NCBI RefSeq assembly: GCF_036321535.1
Contig: NC_087437.1
Location: forward strand, 111,788,001 to 111,852,000
DNA from: Camelus dromedarius
Taxonomy: Eukaryota
Direction of reading: 5' to 3'
Length of the DNA: 64,000 nt
Below, one piece after another: positions 60,716-64,000 of this stretch. A model generated the notes under the pieces. It made no database searches. It was not told the origin of the DNA and was given only the letters and a program-made list of their open reading frames with translations. The position numbers and the translations under genes were made by a program. How positions within the stretch are numbered: the stretch's first letter is position 1; each line of letters starts with the position of its first letter.

Positions 60716-61589
60716 TGGGGTATTTATCCTCCTGCTGCTTTCTTTGGCTGAGGGTTGCTCCCAGTGACATTAGGTGACAGACACTCTAGCCTGTAGCACA
60801 GGCCAAGGGAAAGCCCTCAGGTAGAGCTGCAGGTGTTTGCAAGTCACCATGGCATCAATAAGGTCACCAACATCATCTGGTACAATAGTAGTTATCAGTC
60901 TTCATGACTATGGTTAATACAGTCTCAATAAAACAACTTTCCTTTTCAAAAACATTCCTCACCTATTTTGGAAGTATTTCAGAAGACCGCTCCAAAAGAC
61001 AAAACTGAAAGGACAAAACCTCCACTTCATTAAAATGTCACTCTCTGGATTTATCTTTTGACAATTTACTTCATAAGAAAGGATGTCCTTTAGCTATTTC
61101 AGGAATAAAAAACTTCTGGCTGCAGTGTGAGAACCACTTGCTTTCTATGATAAATCCACCTTACATTAAGGTCCTACTGTGGGTTCAAACTCATTTCTGA
61201 GAGTAAAACAGCCTGATGGATTTCACAGGATGAAAAAGCTGAGTTTACTTCAAATGTCCTTAAAAGAAGATACCTGAAAAGTAATCAGTCCAATGGGTTT
61301 GGAAACACAAATTAAGGCACAAATTACGTGTGTCATACACACACACACATTTATATGTTTTAGCCCACTGAAGGTGAGAATAAGCGTTCTCATTTTAATT
61401 CTATTTAGTATGCCACTAAGGGTAACGAACAATTCATCCAGAATGAATTTGTAGGGATAAGCAATGTTCCTACAAGAAAGATAAAATTGACAGCAATTAG
61501 AGTGCATGGCACTGTTCTAAATATTACTTGACCAAGGGTACGTGCTAAGGTCTCATTATATTAGTCACATGAAACACTCTAACTAAAAT

Positions 61590-61638
61590 TAGTTGTCAGC
61601 AAAATACAACAAAGGGTCTATTTAAAAATTAATTTAAT
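61590..61638 (-). terminator. Distal PAXBP1 polyadenylation signal (ATTAAA plus GU-rich downstream element)
   Basis: Minus-strand ATTAAA followed about 20 nt later by TTTGTTGTATTTTG. Confidence 0.55.
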
Positions 61639-62345
61639 GTTTGGCTAAAGCTTAATTACATATATAATTATCAAACAATAGTCCTTAATTTCCAAAAAGT
61701 TCCTCTTTTGAAAATCACAGAATCAGAAAGCATAAACTTTAAAACAAGTTCTCTGAATATTTACAGCATGGTATAAACATTATAGAAGACCATGGATATT
61801 AAACTGCCTGGGTGTAGCTAATCAGCAAGGCGTGTTCTTTATTGCATATATAACTCACATATGTGGGATTTTAAATATAATGACAGACTACTAAAATTCA
61901 AATGCATGTATTTTTTTAAGCTGGTCAGGGAGTAAAATCATGAATGAGACAGGACAGTCAGCCCAAAACCATGCAGTTAGGTTGTGGGTCTATCATTCCC
62001 CAAAATTAAGCTGCCATGTTCTTTTCAAAAACCTATGTTGCATGTACTACTTAGAGTTCACGTTAAACCTACATTTGACTGTAATGCTATTCAAGGAAGA
62101 AAAGTTCCCCATTCACCCAATAACCAAGTCCACACTCACGTCTCAACTTTAAGGCAGCGTAGCTACAGTGACAGCAACTGCTAACCAAAAGGTGATGAAT
62201 ACTTAGTCACCTGCCAGCCCTTTTTTTGTAACAGTGTAGGAATTTCCCTAAGACAATATGCTACTGAATAGTTTTCTGCTGTTAAAAGGCTTACTCTGTA
62301 GAAAAACACCACAAATTTCCAGTGTGAAAGTTAACTCCATGATGG

Positions 62346-62402
<57 letters not shown>

Positions 62403-62721
62403 TAATTACACAATATACACTGCACACATCGTTTACAGAAAACAATTAACTGAAAGGGTTCATTTGAATGAACATATAAAATACTTCTGTAAACAAAGTA
62501 TGACAGGCAGTAAGGAAACCATTCATAGACTTCCTAGAAATAACCCGAATTCCTTTCATTCCAAAGAAATTGCATTTAAGGACACGTATTGAATATTAAT
62601 AATGTTCTTTGTATTAAAACAAGAATCAGTATTTTACAGTTTAAGAAACTTTACATATATACAAAATTTGTACATTGGGAATGGTATTAGAGCAAACAGG
62701 CTTTTTTTCAGTCTCACAGAT
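61610..62721 (-). other. PAXBP1: PAXBP1 3' UTR (3' end approximate)
   Basis: AT-rich unique sequence after the stop; minus-strand AATAAA at 61838-61843 and ATTAAA at 61633-61638. Confidence 0.75.
62351..62398. repeat. (TA)24 microsatellite in the PAXBP1 3' UTR
   Basis: Read directly from the sequence. Confidence 0.97.
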
Positions 62722-62839
62722 CTACTTTCCTTCAATCAAAGACTTAAATTCTTTCACATTGTGGTCACTTGCAACAGACATAGCATGATCCAGAGCTCGA
62801 ACACTTGCAAGGAGTTTTACTATCTGCTTTATGTTTTCC
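62722..62839 (-). CDS. PAXBP1: PAXBP1 (GCFC1) last coding exon (ENIKQIVKLLASVRALDHAMSVASDHNVKEFKSLIEGK*)
   Basis: Hand translation; TTTAG| acceptor at 62840; TAG at 62722-62724; matches the PAXBP1 C-terminus and PAXBP1-SYNJ1 gene order as recalled. Confidence 0.93.
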
Positions 62840-63158
62840 CTAAAAAGGAAAAAATATATAGCAGCATCTCATTAATTAGCACAAAAGCCTTCAAGGAAAA
62901 TATCTGTTACTGACTTTATGATCCTTTCTGCACTTGGTAATCAATTTTTCCAAGCACATACTTTCAAAAAAGGGAAACAGAGACAAGCAAGTCACAACGT
63001 GTGAAAAAAACTATCCACATTAAACAAAACTTGCCTATGTTCAAATGACCAACCCAGAAACAGAGGACCCATTTTCAAAAATAAAACCCTAAATTTTCAT
63101 TCAGATACATGATTTTCAATATCTAGAAAGGATAAGAAAATCTATTGCCTAACTGCTT

Positions 63159-63217
63159 CAGAGCCCTGCCTCCCATTCCTTCCCAGAGTCCTGCCTCCCA
63201 TTCCTTCCCAGAGTCCT
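63159..63217. repeat. 25-bp tandem duplication, about 2.3 copies (CAGAGTCCTGCCTCCCATTCCTTCC)
   Basis: Read directly from the sequence. Confidence 0.9.
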
Positions 63218-63364
63218 AGCTCTTCTAGAATATACCTGGAACACAAATTATATTTGTCTGTATTCATCAAAATCCATTAAGATCCAGTATAATTCCCACT
63301 CCTCCAAAATTCACTAGTAAAGTATAAACTGGCTTCCTTTATCACCCCAGCTAGGAGTCATTCT

Positions 63365-63560
63365 CAGTAATCCTCAAACTTCACCGCACTTCTGAATTAC
63401 CTAGAGGGGTGTTGAAACACAGACCACCAGGTCCCACCCTCAGAATTCTGTTCGGTAGGTCTGGAGTGGGGCCTGAGAATCTGCATTTCTAACAAAGCTC
63501 CCAGGTGATGCTGATGCTGCCTGCCCAGAAACTACTTTCAGCATTTAGTTTGAACCACTG
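63365..63560. mobile_element. MER5A hAT element
   Basis: GTAGGTCTGGAGTGGGGCCTGAGAATCTGCATTTCTAACAA...CCCAGGTGATGCTGATGCTGC. Confidence 0.85.
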
Positions 63561-64000
63561 TGAGAAACCACACACAACGTGACATTATTAGTTGTCTCTT
63601 CTCTACAAAATTGTAGGAAGCACCTTTTAGGGAAGGATTGTAATTTGTAAGACTTTGTAATCCATGTGGAACCTACTTTATGTGCACTGCACAGAGAAGG
63701 TGCTTAACAGCTGCTGAAATTGTTTTCTATAGAAAAGAATTTACTGTTTGTTGATATTTAACTCCCAAACAAAAACACTGTTAAACATATAAACTAAACT
63801 TTAAAAAGTAAATAGGATCTATCTAGTAAGTAAATGGGATCTATCTAGTAAACACCAATATTGAGAATATTAGTGCCGATAAGTAACAACCAGCACCAAA
63901 ATGACACATTAAGGATGAAATAAACATATAACCCAAAATCACCTGCCAAACAATTTTACCACTGAAGGATTTACTATCTACTTGGCTTTTAATTTTATTG

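Noticed and set aside
62602..62913. 103-aa plus-strand ORF
   Set aside because: Antisense shadow of the PAXBP1 last exon
63809..63851. Short direct repeat GGATCTATCTAGTAA, two copies
   Set aside because: Simple 22-bp local duplication; no array or spacer structure

Overview
This window is mammalian genomic DNA, probably camelid: four tRNA-headed SINEs resemble the camelid vic-1 family. The minus strand carries the 5' part of SYNJ1 (synaptojanin 1). I mapped 21 exons (exon 21 cut by the window edge), all with GT-AG boundaries and a continuous frame. They cover the SAC1 phosphatase domain, the inositol 5-phosphatase domain and the start of the RRM-like region, and include a 24-nt microexon and a tandem 3' splice site. 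A CpG-island promoter lies at about 54.4-55.6 kb. The last coding exon and 3' UTR of PAXBP1, also minus strand, lie at 61.6-62.8 kb; this exon is absent from the ORF track. Introns and the intergenic region contain L1, L2, CR1, MIR, hAT-Charlie, Tigger and LTR remnants. I found no convincing novel biological system. The best leads are a candidate spliced divergent (+ strand) lncRNA from the shared promoter, a twin-primed L1 with an apparent 3' transduction, a triple-nested TE insertion, and splicing or enhancer motifs around the microexon. Repeat family names and human comparisons are from memory and were not database-checked.
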